Part shown: piece after piece, positions 27,397-37,396 of the stretch
How positions within the stretch are numbered: the stretch's first letter is position 1
How the letters are laid out: the number at the start of each line of letters is the position of its first letter
Translations under genes and position numbers: made by a program
The notes under the pieces: model-generated
The model's input: only the letters and a program-made list of their open reading frames with translations
The model's database searches: none
Told to the model about the DNA's origin: nothing
Source: a virus
Lineage: Duplodnaviria > Caudoviricetes
Virus record (IMG/VR): IMGVR_UViG_3300012979_000034
Location: 18,405 to 82,404 of that record
Length of the DNA: 64,000 nucleotides
Reading direction: 5' to 3' (one strand)

Positions 27397-29121
27397 TTAT
27401 AATACCTCATTAACTGTTAGTGTTAATTGATTCTCATTTTGGAACAGTGGAAGGTTATAACCAGGATCCTCATAATCGTGATTAGGTTCTGATACTTTAA
27501 ATGAATATTTATAACCACTAACATAATCATTAGAGGATATAGATATACCAAAATTAAAACCATTTATGGTATCATTTATATTTAGAGTTCTTCCAACTGT
27601 ACCGGATGTCTGAAATCCACCTAATACTGAACGTACTGTATAAGCTGTACTAGAAGTAAAGGATATAATATACTCCATAGAACCTTTAGCACTGTTTAAA
27701 ACATAACTATCAACAATAAGTGGCTTATTACCATAAATGGTAGTAGGCCAAGGCTTCATATAAAACTTAGTTATGTGTAAGTAATCTACGGTAGATAAAT
27801 TATCTATTAAAGCATATATATCAGAAATCCTGACATCACCGCCTATTTCAGCATTCTCTATAGAATAAGCATTTAATAAAGCTGAAGTAACTTGGGCCTG
27901 TATTTCAGAAGCTGTATAGGATTTTTTACCAGTAACATCCATCTCTAATATAATATTTACTACACCTGCTGATTTAACATTTAGCCAGGTACACAAAGGA
28001 GAATGTTGATGTAAATAATTATATACTGTATTACATAGAGTATTGGAAGCTATAGTACCATTATCTGGTGTTATATATACAGTTAGTTTTCTACCACATT
28101 CATATTCTGCAGCTGCTTTATTTACACCAGATACAGCTTTAGCTAAATCTATAAAATCTTGTTTAGTAATAGCTACACCTAAAGTTTTTACACTTAGTGG
28201 AATATGTTCTTTCAACATCCTAAAGGTTTCATAATCAGAACCACCACCTGCTTGATATAGGTTACTACATGTAGCATCAGATACAGAACTCAATATTGAA
28301 GCAGGGACTGTATTTATACTACCAGCATTTACATTACCAGTTAAACCCTTTGTAACATAACAACTAGCTGCAGTAATTGTACTACCAGAAGAAGGTTTCT
28401 TACCAAAAGTACCATCACCAAATACTATGGTAACATCTTGGTCTGAACCAACGGTTACTATAAAATGTTTATCAGTTGGTTTTGAATATGCGAAGGTTGG
28501 GACTAAAACCCATGATTCACCATCTACCTTAATACTCATAGTACCATCTTCATAGTAATTACCACTAGCAAAGGTTTGTACACCTAAAGATACTCTACCA
28601 TCTAAAGAAGGGATAACAGTACCTACTAAGCTATTTAATGAAAATGGGCTATGTTGTATCAAAGGTACTCTACAAGTAGTAGTATTAGCATACCAGGTAA
28701 CATCCTTAGCTACTAACCAGTTATTACTACTACTATCTATAAAGGATAAACCTTTTGGTATAGATAAGCTAGATGTTAAGTTTTCACTAGTAAGTGGCCT
28801 AGTAATAATTACATCTACCGTAGCAGCAATAGCTCCTCTTGGATGGTAGTCAACAAGAGTACCATGTTTAACAACTGACTCATACCTACGAGCTGTAGAT
28901 AAAAAGGATTCCCTAGCATTATTATCAATGTAATAGTGTAGTACTTCGGCAATAGCTGAGAAAAGGGATACCAGTATAATAAAGAGATTACCTTCTGAAA
29001 AATCTGTTATTAACTGATTACCATTTTCATCTTTAATACCAGCTAGGGCATCTAATAGTTTGGTTTTAATTTGTTGGTATGACCTTTGTAAAGGTGTTAA
29101 CCATGAATTTGATATTCCCAT
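27397..29121 (-). CDS. Baseplate J-like wedge protein
   Basis: FLSTARRYESV, FGDGTFGKKP, GGGSDYET and AITKQDF motifs. Confidence 0.85.
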   Translation of the reverse strand: MGISNSWLTPLQRSYQQIKTKLLDALAGIKDENGNQLITDFSEGNLFIILVSLFSAIAEVLHYYIDNNARESFLSTARRYESVVKHGTLVDYHPRGAIAATVDVIITRPLTSENLTSSLSIPKGLSFIDSSSNNWLVAKDVTWYANTTTCRVPLIQHSPFSLNSLVGTVIPSLDGRVSLGVQTFASGNYYEDGTMSIKVDGESWVLVPTFAYSKPTDKHFIVTVGSDQDVTIVFGDGTFGKKPSSGSTITAASCYVTKGLTGNVNAGSINTVPASILSSVSDATCSNLYQAGGGSDYETFRMLKEHIPLSVKTLGVAITKQDFIDLAKAVSGVNKAAAEYECGRKLTVYITPDNGTIASNTLCNTVYNYLHQHSPLCTWLNVKSAGVVNIILEMDVTGKKSYTASEIQAQVTSALLNAYSIENAEIGGDVRISDIYALIDNLSTVDYLHITKFYMKPWPTTIYGNKPLIVDSYVLNSAKGSMEYIISFTSSTAYTVRSVLGGFQTSGTVGRTLNINDTINGFNFGISISSNDYVSGYKYSFKVSEPNHDYEDPGYNLPLFQNENQLTLTVNEVL

Positions 29122-29143
29122 TTATTTTTAGATTTAATGTTAT

Positions 29144-29548
29144 TTATATTTCGGTGTCATATGTGATCTTTGCAACTCTGCTAGAATTATTAGATTTAAG
29201 TTTATAAGTAAACTCTATATTTAATTTACTACCGCTTCTAGAAATTTCTGATGAAACATATTTTATACGGGTTTCATACTCATTGATAGCAGACTTAAGG
29301 AATTCATCCACTAAATAACTTAAAGCTTGTGTATTAGGTTCTTCTAAACATTCTTCTAATCTAGTACCAAATTCTTCTTGTCTAAACCTCTGACCTATTT
29401 GATATGTAATCAAGGATAGTAAGTTATTTTCTATTAATTTAGGATCACCATTAACAGGATACCACCCAGTTAAACCACTGGAGTTTTCGGTTATTTGGAT
29501 AGGATATAGAGCACCTGACCCAATTAGATCTGCGTACAAACTTGCCAT
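29144..29548 (-). CDS. gp25/GPW-like baseplate wedge subunit
   Basis: GQRFRQEEFGTRL...EP...YETRI. Confidence 0.85.
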   Translation of the reverse strand: MASLYADLIGSGALYPIQITENSSGLTGWYPVNGDPKLIENNLLSLITYQIGQRFRQEEFGTRLEECLEEPNTQALSYLVDEFLKSAINEYETRIKYVSSEISRSGSKLNIEFTYKLKSNNSSRVAKITYDTEI

Positions 29549-29553
29549 GATTA

Positions 29554-30240
29554 TTAATGATTAAAGTTATTATCTTCGTAATCTTCTTTATTAAATGAAC
29601 TAAATGGGCTTGTGTGTGTAGTCGTTGGGATACCAGATACGGCAGTACCAGTAGTAACACCTATGTGTGTATGTGTATTAAAAGATACTTTTAAACTATC
29701 TATCTCTTTAACTAGTTTATTCAATTTCTCGGTTAACTCAACTATATTTATAACCCCACCGTTATTACCACCGTTTAAGTTTATAGTTCTAGCACTACCT
29801 ATATTGATATCATCCTTAGAATAGATATTTACTTTACCTTGAACATATATGTCAAGGTTACCTGTTTCATCATCTAATATAATAGCAGTACCATTAGGTG
29901 TTACTATACCAGCTCTATTGGGAGAATCTAAATCCATTGGCATTTCTCCAGAAGCCCACCCGTAATATTCCCAAACTGGTTTTGAAGGATCGCCTTGTTC
30001 AAAAGATACCCATACTACATCCCCAATTTTTGGAGCAAAATACTTAAAACCATTATCTAAGGAACCATGTTGACCTTTTGGTAAAGCCCATAGACTTAAA
30101 CCACCATGTATAAAACATGAAATCTTCAATCGGTTTTGACATTGTGGATCATCATTATCTACTACATAAGCTTTATATATAGAATAAAATCTACCAAGAC
30201 CTTCTATACCATTTTCAACTATAGTTTGTGCAATATCCAT
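29554..30240 (-). CDS. Baseplate spike (gpV/gp5 OB-fold)
   Basis: DDPQCQNRLKI, PKIGDVVWVSFEQGDPSKPVW and FNTHTHIGV tip motif. Confidence 0.85.
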   Translation of the reverse strand: MDIAQTIVENGIEGLGRFYSIYKAYVVDNDDPQCQNRLKISCFIHGGLSLWALPKGQHGSLDNGFKYFAPKIGDVVWVSFEQGDPSKPVWEYYGWASGEMPMDLDSPNRAGIVTPNGTAIILDDETGNLDIYVQGKVNIYSKDDINIGSARTINLNGGNNGGVINIVELTEKLNKLVKEIDSLKVSFNTHTHIGVTTGTAVSGIPTTTHTSPFSSFNKEDYEDNNFNH

Positions 30241-30242
30241 AC

Positions 30243-32216
30243 TTATCTAGTTTTTTGATTTGAACTACCGTCTATATTCCTGCTCATTTTCTTTAGAGAT
30301 TCTTCAGCCTTTAAAGCTTCTTTAGCATACTTCCTTCTCAACTCTGCAGTAATCTTAATACCTGGTTTTATACTATAACCTATCTTAGAACCATAGCTTG
30401 AAGTAGAGGTAACACCTGTATTCATAAGTACACCAGTCTTTCTCACATCTTCACCAAACTCTCCATTTGCAGCTGCTGTAGATAGTATTACAAAGTCCAT
30501 CCTTGATTGAGTAGCTTCTTTCTTGTCACCTAAAGCAGTATAATATACAGCATCCATTCTAGTTGGTACAAAACCTGAAGTACCTTTGGTCTTATTAGTT
30601 TTAGATTTAATAGAACTACCTTCTCCATTAGTAGAACCATCCAGAGAAGCTGAGGCATTTGTTGAAATACTTGGAGATACTCCATTATGTTTAACTAGTT
30701 CAACTAAACAAGTATAACCAGAACTACCTTCTAATTGATGTGTTACTGCTTTTATATACCAAGCTCCTGACCACCTTTTACCGACATTTTGTATGTTTAA
30801 GATTTGAGAAGTAGTTAAAGAAGGATTACCAACAATGGTCATTCTGCATATAAGTTTACGTTCAGTAATCTTACGTCTCTGATTATTTAATAGGTTCATT
30901 CTAGCTTCTACATCACTAATACTAAAAGAATTACCACTACCATACATTCTAGTAAAATAGGCTTGTAATACTTGATATTGAGATACCATTACCCGTCTTT
31001 TTTTCTTCATAAATACGGTAGTTCTAAAACCATTTAAATCACCAGTGACTATTACGGATGGGTCATTCTTTAATCTTAAATAACCATCTCTAGCCCTTTT
31101 TACATCATAGGTTTTTTGATCCATGTTACCTCTGAACATATCGTTCTGGCTAACCTTTTTAGGCATAGTAGAATATTCCCTAGTATCTACTACATATTCT
31201 CCATAAGCTTCTGGCATAAGACCAGTATCTGGTTCATCAAAGATATGTTTAGCAGCACCAAAATTAGCTTTTAAAAATTCATCTAATTGGTGATTCTTTG
31301 CAGCTAAAGCAAACTTCTTTCTTAATTCTTCTGCACCACCCTCTAAACCCTGGGAAACTTGGATAAGGATTCTCTCTACTTCATGTTTTAGCTGATCCTG
31401 GTTAGATTCTTCTAATAACCACTGTCTAGTAAGGTAATCATTTCCCATGTTTGATACAGCTCCTTGGTAACCGTACCTATTAGTAACTTTATAATTACCT
31501 GCAGCTCTACCTCCATGGGCTTTATAAACATTATATTTTTCTCTTACCTCTTCTCTTTTATTAGATTCTGATACTTGATGATTACTAGCTAACTCTTTAG
31601 AATGTTTAGTTTCTACTTTACCTCTTAGATTTGCTGGTAAAGTATTATTATTTACCTTAAGAGCAATCTCTAATTGTTCATAAGGTAACTTACCTGCCAT
31701 ATAATCCTGATAAGCTTTATAAGAACCAGCATTCCTTTCTTCAGGAGTTTCTCCAGCATATGAATAACCTGATGATAGATCATCTACGTCAGTAGTAATA
31801 TCTAGTTCTTTATCACCACCTATACCCATAGAAACACTACCATCTAAATACTTAGTAATATATTGAGTCTGAAAATCTATACTCAATAATTCACCATTCT
31901 CTGCTTGGTAAGTATAATCCCTAACTACGGGTTCTTGCATTACCCTATTATGTATGTATATAACACCATCTCTACTATCTACATACCATGGTCCATTAGG
32001 TAAAGCTTGAACTTTCTGTTTTAACTGAACTAACAGATTATTACCAGTTTCACCAATATCACTATTTAATATACTGGCATACTCTTTAGGCATAATCTTA
32101 TAATTCAAACCACTATACTCGTTAGCATAGATAATTTTACTTGTAGTAGTTGGTATTACTGTAGGAGTTTGAATTTCCTTAAATACCTGATTACTGATTA
32201 TTCTAGGTTCTGCCAT
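30243..32216 (-). CDS. Baseplate hub (gpD/gp27-like), C-terminal part with large insertion
   Basis: WYVDSRDGVIYI and IVGNPSL...WSGAWYIKAVTH motifs. Confidence 0.65.
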   Translation of the reverse strand: MAEPRIISNQVFKEIQTPTVIPTTTSKIIYANEYSGLNYKIMPKEYASILNSDIGETGNNLLVQLKQKVQALPNGPWYVDSRDGVIYIHNRVMQEPVVRDYTYQAENGELLSIDFQTQYITKYLDGSVSMGIGGDKELDITTDVDDLSSGYSYAGETPEERNAGSYKAYQDYMAGKLPYEQLEIALKVNNNTLPANLRGKVETKHSKELASNHQVSESNKREEVREKYNVYKAHGGRAAGNYKVTNRYGYQGAVSNMGNDYLTRQWLLEESNQDQLKHEVERILIQVSQGLEGGAEELRKKFALAAKNHQLDEFLKANFGAAKHIFDEPDTGLMPEAYGEYVVDTREYSTMPKKVSQNDMFRGNMDQKTYDVKRARDGYLRLKNDPSVIVTGDLNGFRTTVFMKKKRRVMVSQYQVLQAYFTRMYGSGNSFSISDVEARMNLLNNQRRKITERKLICRMTIVGNPSLTTSQILNIQNVGKRWSGAWYIKAVTHQLEGSSGYTCLVELVKHNGVSPSISTNASASLDGSTNGEGSSIKSKTNKTKGTSGFVPTRMDAVYYTALGDKKEATQSRMDFVILSTAAANGEFGEDVRKTGVLMNTGVTSTSSYGSKIGYSIKPGIKITAELRRKYAKEALKAEESLKKMSRNIDGSSNQKTR

Positions 32217-32731
32217 TATTGTCTAGGTTCAAAATATTCTATAATAACTCCAACTTCTCTATCACAACCTCTATCCAAAAAATCTACCATACTAGATTTA
32301 CCATCTTCTAAATCTGAAGCATCACATGGTGGATGAGGTGGTACATGTCTAAGTGATGAAACACTATCTACACATACTATAGTAACATGTGTACCAGTAG
32401 AATTAAATGTACAATTAAAATCTTTTACTCTTATAGATTTTACTGGACTTGATATAAAGTTACCACTTGGGTATACATAACCCCACTGTAAGAATATAAT
32501 CCTGTTTTCCTGTAGTTCATCTAAATCTACTGTATCTGGATCACCTGTCTCAAAAGTTAGAGAAGCTTGATTCTCTTTCTCTTCATCATACTTATAAGTG
32601 AATTTGGTTATATACGCCCCAAGAGGTACACCAGTTAGTTTATTCATCACCGGTGTACCGTCTTCACCAAATATGGCAAGATAAGGCATAGCTATACCAT
32701 CCTCATTAAAACTGTTATTCAATGATGCCAT
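32216..32731 (-). CDS. Baseplate hub, N-terminal part
   Basis: ITKFTYKYDEEKENQASLTF...LQWGY; TAATG overlap with the next gene. Confidence 0.6.
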   Translation of the reverse strand: MASLNNSFNEDGIAMPYLAIFGEDGTPVMNKLTGVPLGAYITKFTYKYDEEKENQASLTFETGDPDTVDLDELQENRIIFLQWGYVYPSGNFISSPVKSIRVKDFNCTFNSTGTHVTIVCVDSVSSLRHVPPHPPCDASDLEDGKSSMVDFLDRGCDREVGVIIEYFEPRQ

Positions 32732-32996
32732 AAGCAGGTATTCTTATTTTCATCCCAGCTTTTAATTCTGTGAATGGGTTAGAAATATGATTAGCTTCTG
32801 CTAGTATATACCATTTACCTGAATCACCATAAACAGCAAAAGCTAAATTATGTAGAGTCTCACCATCTTTTAGAGTATGGATAGTATCCATATCACTAGT
32901 AATGATAGTAGGTATATCTTTCTCTAAAGAAGCATCACCTTCATCATATTGTATGATATAGGCTTTATCGTAAGGGCTTGTTCCTATTATTGCCAT
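32715..32996 (-). CDS. LysM/gpX-like tail protein
   Basis: HTLKDGETLHNLAFAVYGDSGKWYILAEAN...G...IRIP. Confidence 0.85.
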   Translation of the reverse strand: MAIIGTSPYDKAYIIQYDEGDASLEKDIPTIITSDMDTIHTLKDGETLHNLAFAVYGDSGKWYILAEANHISNPFTELKAGMKIRIPAYGIIE

Positions 32997-33001
32997 AATA
33001 A

Positions 33002-33934
33002 TTATCCATTTATACCTCTAGTACGGTTCATTTTACTCTCTGGGAGAATATCACCATAGCTAAGATTAGTTGCACTTACTCTTTTAAAAATCAACTCTTG
33101 GGTTGCTACAATTGGGTATAAACCTTTACTTACTAGTTTAACTAATTTACCTTTAGACTTAACCCTTATACTATCAGAAAAGTTCTTTAATGTATAGGTA
33201 GCTGAAGTTAATATGAATAATTGATCCTTAAACATATCACCTTCAGTAACACTTGTACCACTTCCCCACTGAATTCTTATTACTGGTGGAGCTGCCTGAT
33301 AAGCATTAGCTTTGGTCCAAGTCTCTAAAAACCTACACTTATTAATTACTTCATCTGGATTAGCCTCGTCAGTAGCATACCATGATATATTGAATTGTAC
33401 TATATCCTCTGCTCCAGTATAATGATACATAGGTGTATTACGTCCCATAGATTTAATAGCAGCCCAGGAAGTTTCACCTTTAAACTCTACTGTAGATGGT
33501 CGATTTTGTATTATGATCCTTTCATAGGGTTTACTAGTAAGGTTATATAAGATAACATCATTACCGATATTTTTATACTGTGAAGCTATTTTATTTATCT
33601 CATCCTGACCTTTTACTTGAAACTGGGCTGTTAATTTAGAAGAATTCTTTTTCTCTTTAACTAACCTAGTTCTTTTTAACTCTTTAACCTTTCTATTACC
33701 ATCATATTTTGCAGGATCAGCTATAGATTTCTTTTTAACTCCAGTAGAACTATCTGATGGGCCGTGTGTAGTCCTATGTAAAAGTATAGCAACTCTCCAT
33801 AGTTTATTAGTATAGCTAGTCTCTAATTCAGTTACTACTGGATTAACGGCAGCATTAGAAAATATATCATGGTAAGCTGAATTAGCTCCTGATATATCCA
33901 TAACATTACCCATTTTTTTAAGTAGATTTGCCAT
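33002..33934 (-). CDS. Tail tube initiator (gpU/CIS-tube-like)
   Basis: Position between tape measure and LysM genes; APPVIRIQWG motif. Confidence 0.5.
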   Translation of the reverse strand: MANLLKKMGNVMDISGANSAYHDIFSNAAVNPVVTELETSYTNKLWRVAILLHRTTHGPSDSSTGVKKKSIADPAKYDGNRKVKELKRTRLVKEKKNSSKLTAQFQVKGQDEINKIASQYKNIGNDVILYNLTSKPYERIIIQNRPSTVEFKGETSWAAIKSMGRNTPMYHYTGAEDIVQFNISWYATDEANPDEVINKCRFLETWTKANAYQAAPPVIRIQWGSGTSVTEGDMFKDQLFILTSATYTLKNFSDSIRVKSKGKLVKLVSKGLYPIVATQELIFKRVSATNLSYGDILPESKMNRTRGING

Positions 33935-33939
33935 ATCTT

Positions 33940-35892
33940 TTAATTAAAAATTCCCCAAGTATCTATGTTAATAACATCACCAGTATTTATATCTCTATAA
34001 GGACTACCATCCAAAGATATAGATACTTTAGCAGGGTCTTTATTACCCTCTTTAAAAGCAGCTTTTACAGCATTCAAAAACCTTTCCTCGTAGAAAGCTC
34101 TAAATTCCTGATTAGACATACCTTCTGTATTTTCCCTAGTAGCTTGAGTATTAGCATCTTGAGCATTAGTATTACCATTGATAGCCTCAATTATAGATGG
34201 TAAGAAAGCTAACAAACCAGTTATTAGTAAGCCTTGCCAACCACCAAACATAAACATACCAGCTCCAAATACTTTACCTAAACTACCCACTGCTCTACCA
34301 CCTGCAGGTGGTCTAGGGGTAGGTGTTGGTTTAACTGTAGTTCCGGCAGCATACCTATTAGCATAATTACCGGGTACATATTTATTTCCCTTAAACGAAG
34401 CATATATCCTACCAGTTTTATCTCTACCAAGTCTACCACCCATTGGTAATAACATACTAGTACCAGCTGTCATAGACATAGCAGTATACTGCATCATCAA
34501 AGCTACTATAGTTCTTAGATGTGATTCTAGAGCTACAGTACTAGAAATCATAGATCTAGTACCAGTATTAGCAGAAGCTATACTTGTATTAAAGTAATAA
34601 GAAGTAGCTACTACAGTTTTTAAAGTATGGTATACTAATTTAAAACCATTAACTACGGTACCAACACCTATAGCTATAGCACCAGTCTGAACTACCCAAG
34701 CTCCTATACCTTTACTAGAAACTATATCTCCAACCCAATTTATTAATTTTGTAAACTGAGAGATAAGAGCATTGAAAGGTCCAGATAATAGCTTACCAAA
34801 AGCTACATTCAAGTTATCTATAGCAGCTCTAAACTGATCAAGTTTACCTTGAGAAGTTTGTAATCTTTCCTCGATAAGATTATTAACAGTACCTTCGGCA
34901 TCACCTAGCTTATGTATTAATTGAGTCATCTTACCATCAGAGTTCATAATAGCATAAGTAGCTCTTTCACCACGAACTCCAAAGATATTATACATAGCCT
35001 GTTCCTTAGTTATGGTATCTAATGTAGCCATCCTAGCTCTAAGCAAATCCATGGCCCTATCTATACGAATAAGATTACCCTGAGAATCTGTGAGATCTTC
35101 TTTAGATAAGCCTAACTTCTGTAACCAGTTAGTTCCCTTAACTTTCTGACCTGCGATTGACAAAGTTAAATATCTTACCATGTTTGCTAAAGCAGTACCA
35201 GCAGATGAAGCTTGAATACCCTGGTCTCCCAATACACCTATAGCTGCAGAAGCCTGAGCCAAGTCTACGTTAGCATTTCTAAAGATAGAACCAGAATATT
35301 GTAAAGCCTGAGCCAAATCTATCAAGTTCATGTTAGAAGATGTTACAGCTACAGCTAATGTATCTGCTACCTCTTCTGCCTTATCAGAGCTTAGTCCAAA
35401 GGTAGCCATGATATTAGTCATCAAATCGGCTACACCACCTTTGTTACCAAGCTGCATATCAAAGATTGATGCCAATTTAGCTGCTGGACCAAGCATAGCT
35501 TCTATCCTACTAACACTATTACCAGCCATTGCTAAGTATCTAGCACCAGAAGCAATATCCATATTAGTCAAAGGTGTTTGACGGTTTATATCCTGAACCC
35601 TTTTCATAATATCTAATTGCTGTTGGGCGGTTGCACCAGCGATCTTTGATGTCATGAATACCTGGTTATTAACAGCAGCAGATTGCTTATATGATTCATA
35701 CATACCACCTGTTAACTGTTTACCGTATTCAAAGGCATTACCTAAACCCTGAGTAAGTGCCCGGTTAGCTTGTTGCATATTATTAAGCATACTTACATAG
35801 GAATTAGAAACTCTACCAGCTTCAGTAGAGAAGTTATCCCTAAGTACCATTGATATGCCTACTTCAACTAAACCTGTGCTTAATCCAGCCAT
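33940..35892 (-). CDS. Tape measure protein (TP901-like core)
   Basis: ARYLAMAG and GIQASSAGTAL motifs, Ala/Gly-rich helices, downstream of the chaperone. Confidence 0.85.
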   Translation of the reverse strand: MAGLSTGLVEVGISMVLRDNFSTEAGRVSNSYVSMLNNMQQANRALTQGLGNAFEYGKQLTGGMYESYKQSAAVNNQVFMTSKIAGATAQQQLDIMKRVQDINRQTPLTNMDIASGARYLAMAGNSVSRIEAMLGPAAKLASIFDMQLGNKGGVADLMTNIMATFGLSSDKAEEVADTLAVAVTSSNMNLIDLAQALQYSGSIFRNANVDLAQASAAIGVLGDQGIQASSAGTALANMVRYLTLSIAGQKVKGTNWLQKLGLSKEDLTDSQGNLIRIDRAMDLLRARMATLDTITKEQAMYNIFGVRGERATYAIMNSDGKMTQLIHKLGDAEGTVNNLIEERLQTSQGKLDQFRAAIDNLNVAFGKLLSGPFNALISQFTKLINWVGDIVSSKGIGAWVVQTGAIAIGVGTVVNGFKLVYHTLKTVVATSYYFNTSIASANTGTRSMISSTVALESHLRTIVALMMQYTAMSMTAGTSMLLPMGGRLGRDKTGRIYASFKGNKYVPGNYANRYAAGTTVKPTPTPRPPAGGRAVGSLGKVFGAGMFMFGGWQGLLITGLLAFLPSIIEAINGNTNAQDANTQATRENTEGMSNQEFRAFYEERFLNAVKAAFKEGNKDPAKVSISLDGSPYRDINTGDVINIDTWGIFN

Positions 35893-35897
35893 GTTTA

Positions 35898-36074
35898 TTA
35901 TGTTTTATTTTTTAATTCATTCATTTTTTCATAATACCTATCAGCTACATCTTTAAAGATTTTTCTACTGCGATACGGAAGACGTAAAAAGCTGGGATAG
36001 TCTAAAACTATCTCAGCTCTAGTTATATATACAAAACGTTCTTCTAATGTTACGCTTCCGTCAGGTAGAAAAAA
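35898..36074 (-). CDS. -1 frameshift extension (GT product) of the tail assembly chaperone
   Basis: Slippery T TTT TTC at 36074-36068; the -1 frame is open: LPDGSVTLEERFVY...FLRLPYRSRKIF...KNKT* ending 5 nt before the TMP ATG. Confidence 0.75.
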   Translation of the reverse strand, partial: FFLPDGSVTLEERFVYITRAEIVLDYPSFLRLPYRSRKIFKDVADRYYEKMNELKNKT

Positions 36075-36811
36075 GATTGAGAAGCCATTATTGGATATTG
36101 TACTTTTTCACCAGTACTTGGATTTTCTAAATCGGTTAACCCCTGGAATACTGGATCATAGGTATTTATTATCTTTCGCATCTCTGCCATATCCCTTACA
36201 CTGAATAAAGAGAAATTCTGGACCTTCTCAAATTTACCATCAACATTTAACTTAAGGTTTCTGGCAATAAGTTCAGAATTTCTAGTTTTCTTTTCTTCTG
36301 GCAAGGATATTAAAAACTGCTCAGAATTACCCGTTAAAACGTCAAAAGAAATTACTTTACCACTGGTAAGTGTAATTACTTTATCAACTAAATTACTTGG
36401 CTCTAGATAATAAGGAACAGCATAAGGTTTATTATTTAATTCTTCCTCTGAAGGTACTGAACTGTAGTCCTCGAATACATAGTTATTCAAATCTTCCTCA
36501 TAATGCAACTCTTCTTTAGTACCAGGCCAAGTATAAGGTATATCCAAAATTTCACCTAATGAGAAGATCCTAGATTGTATAAGTATACAGTACCTATCCA
36601 ATAATGGTAAAGCTAGGGCATCTTTAACGGTTAATTTACCAGATACCGTAGCATCGGTTTTAACTACAATAGCTGAGATGAACTTGGTTATGTTCATCAT
36701 ATTTGATACATCTCTTGGATTAGATAGGATATCCTCATCTTCTCCATTCTGTTCTCTAATAGTATAGCTCTTTGTTGAAGGAGCTATAAAAGTAAATGTT
36801 CTTAGTTCCAT
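36050..36811 (-). CDS. Tail assembly chaperone
   Basis: Position between tube and TMP; REQNGEDEDIL motif; slippery site at the 3' end. Confidence 0.75.
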   Translation of the reverse strand: MELRTFTFIAPSTKSYTIREQNGEDEDILSNPRDVSNMMNITKFISAIVVKTDATVSGKLTVKDALALPLLDRYCILIQSRIFSLGEILDIPYTWPGTKEELHYEEDLNNYVFEDYSSVPSEEELNNKPYAVPYYLEPSNLVDKVITLTSGKVISFDVLTGNSEQFLISLPEEKKTRNSELIARNLKLNVDGKFEKVQNFSLFSVRDMAEMRKIINTYDPVFQGLTDLENPSTGEKVQYPIMASQSFFYLTEA

Positions 36812-36839
36812 AAATATTAATAAATTAGAATTATGTTTA

Positions 36840-36889
36840 TTACAACAAAGATGGGTGAAGACCTAATGTTTGTTAGGACCCCACCCATC
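36840..36889 (-). terminator. Terminator after the tail tube gene
   Basis: GATGGGTG...CACCCATC stem followed by TTTGTT. Confidence 0.7.
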
Positions 36890-36922
36890 CACCTATATCA
36901 GTTCTACTTCAAAATGGCCAAT

Positions 36923-37384
36923 TTAATATTGGTCTTCGGTACCAACTGAGAACTCTACGTGTTCTACAATGTTGTCTGAAGAGGTGCGGTCAAGGTCAAT
37001 ACCGTTTATCTTACAAGGCCAAACCTCATTATAAATATGGGTATTGAGTACTGTTGTACCATCTTCGGCTAGTTCATTAACTACCATAGTTTCCCAAATA
37101 CTTGAAGGAACATTACCACCACCAGTAATCATATCCTGACAAGCTAGTAACCAATCATGAGCCCAAGTATCTGAACCAGAAGTAGTTTTAAGCTTCTCTA
37201 TGATCAAGTTACCAACAGTAACTCTACCTGGAGTTTTTACATCTCTGTTAATATCTCCGTGAGTAACCTGTTCTACTTCTATATCTGGAAGAGTTACTTT
37301 TTGAGCAAGATATGTATTGATCGGGTGTTTAGGAAAAGCAATGCTAAATAAGAAAGCTTTTCTAGGATTTTTAATCTGTGCCAT
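36923..37384 (-). CDS. Tail tube protein (T4 gp19-like)
   Basis: VTLPDIEVE, PGRVTVGNL and WPCKINGIDLD motifs; follows the sheath gene. Confidence 0.85.
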   Translation of the reverse strand: MAQIKNPRKAFLFSIAFPKHPINTYLAQKVTLPDIEVEQVTHGDINRDVKTPGRVTVGNLIIEKLKTTSGSDTWAHDWLLACQDMITGGGNVPSSIWETMVVNELAEDGTTVLNTHIYNEVWPCKINGIDLDRTSSDNIVEHVEFSVGTEDQY

Positions 37385-37396
37385 ATCTTCTTAAAT

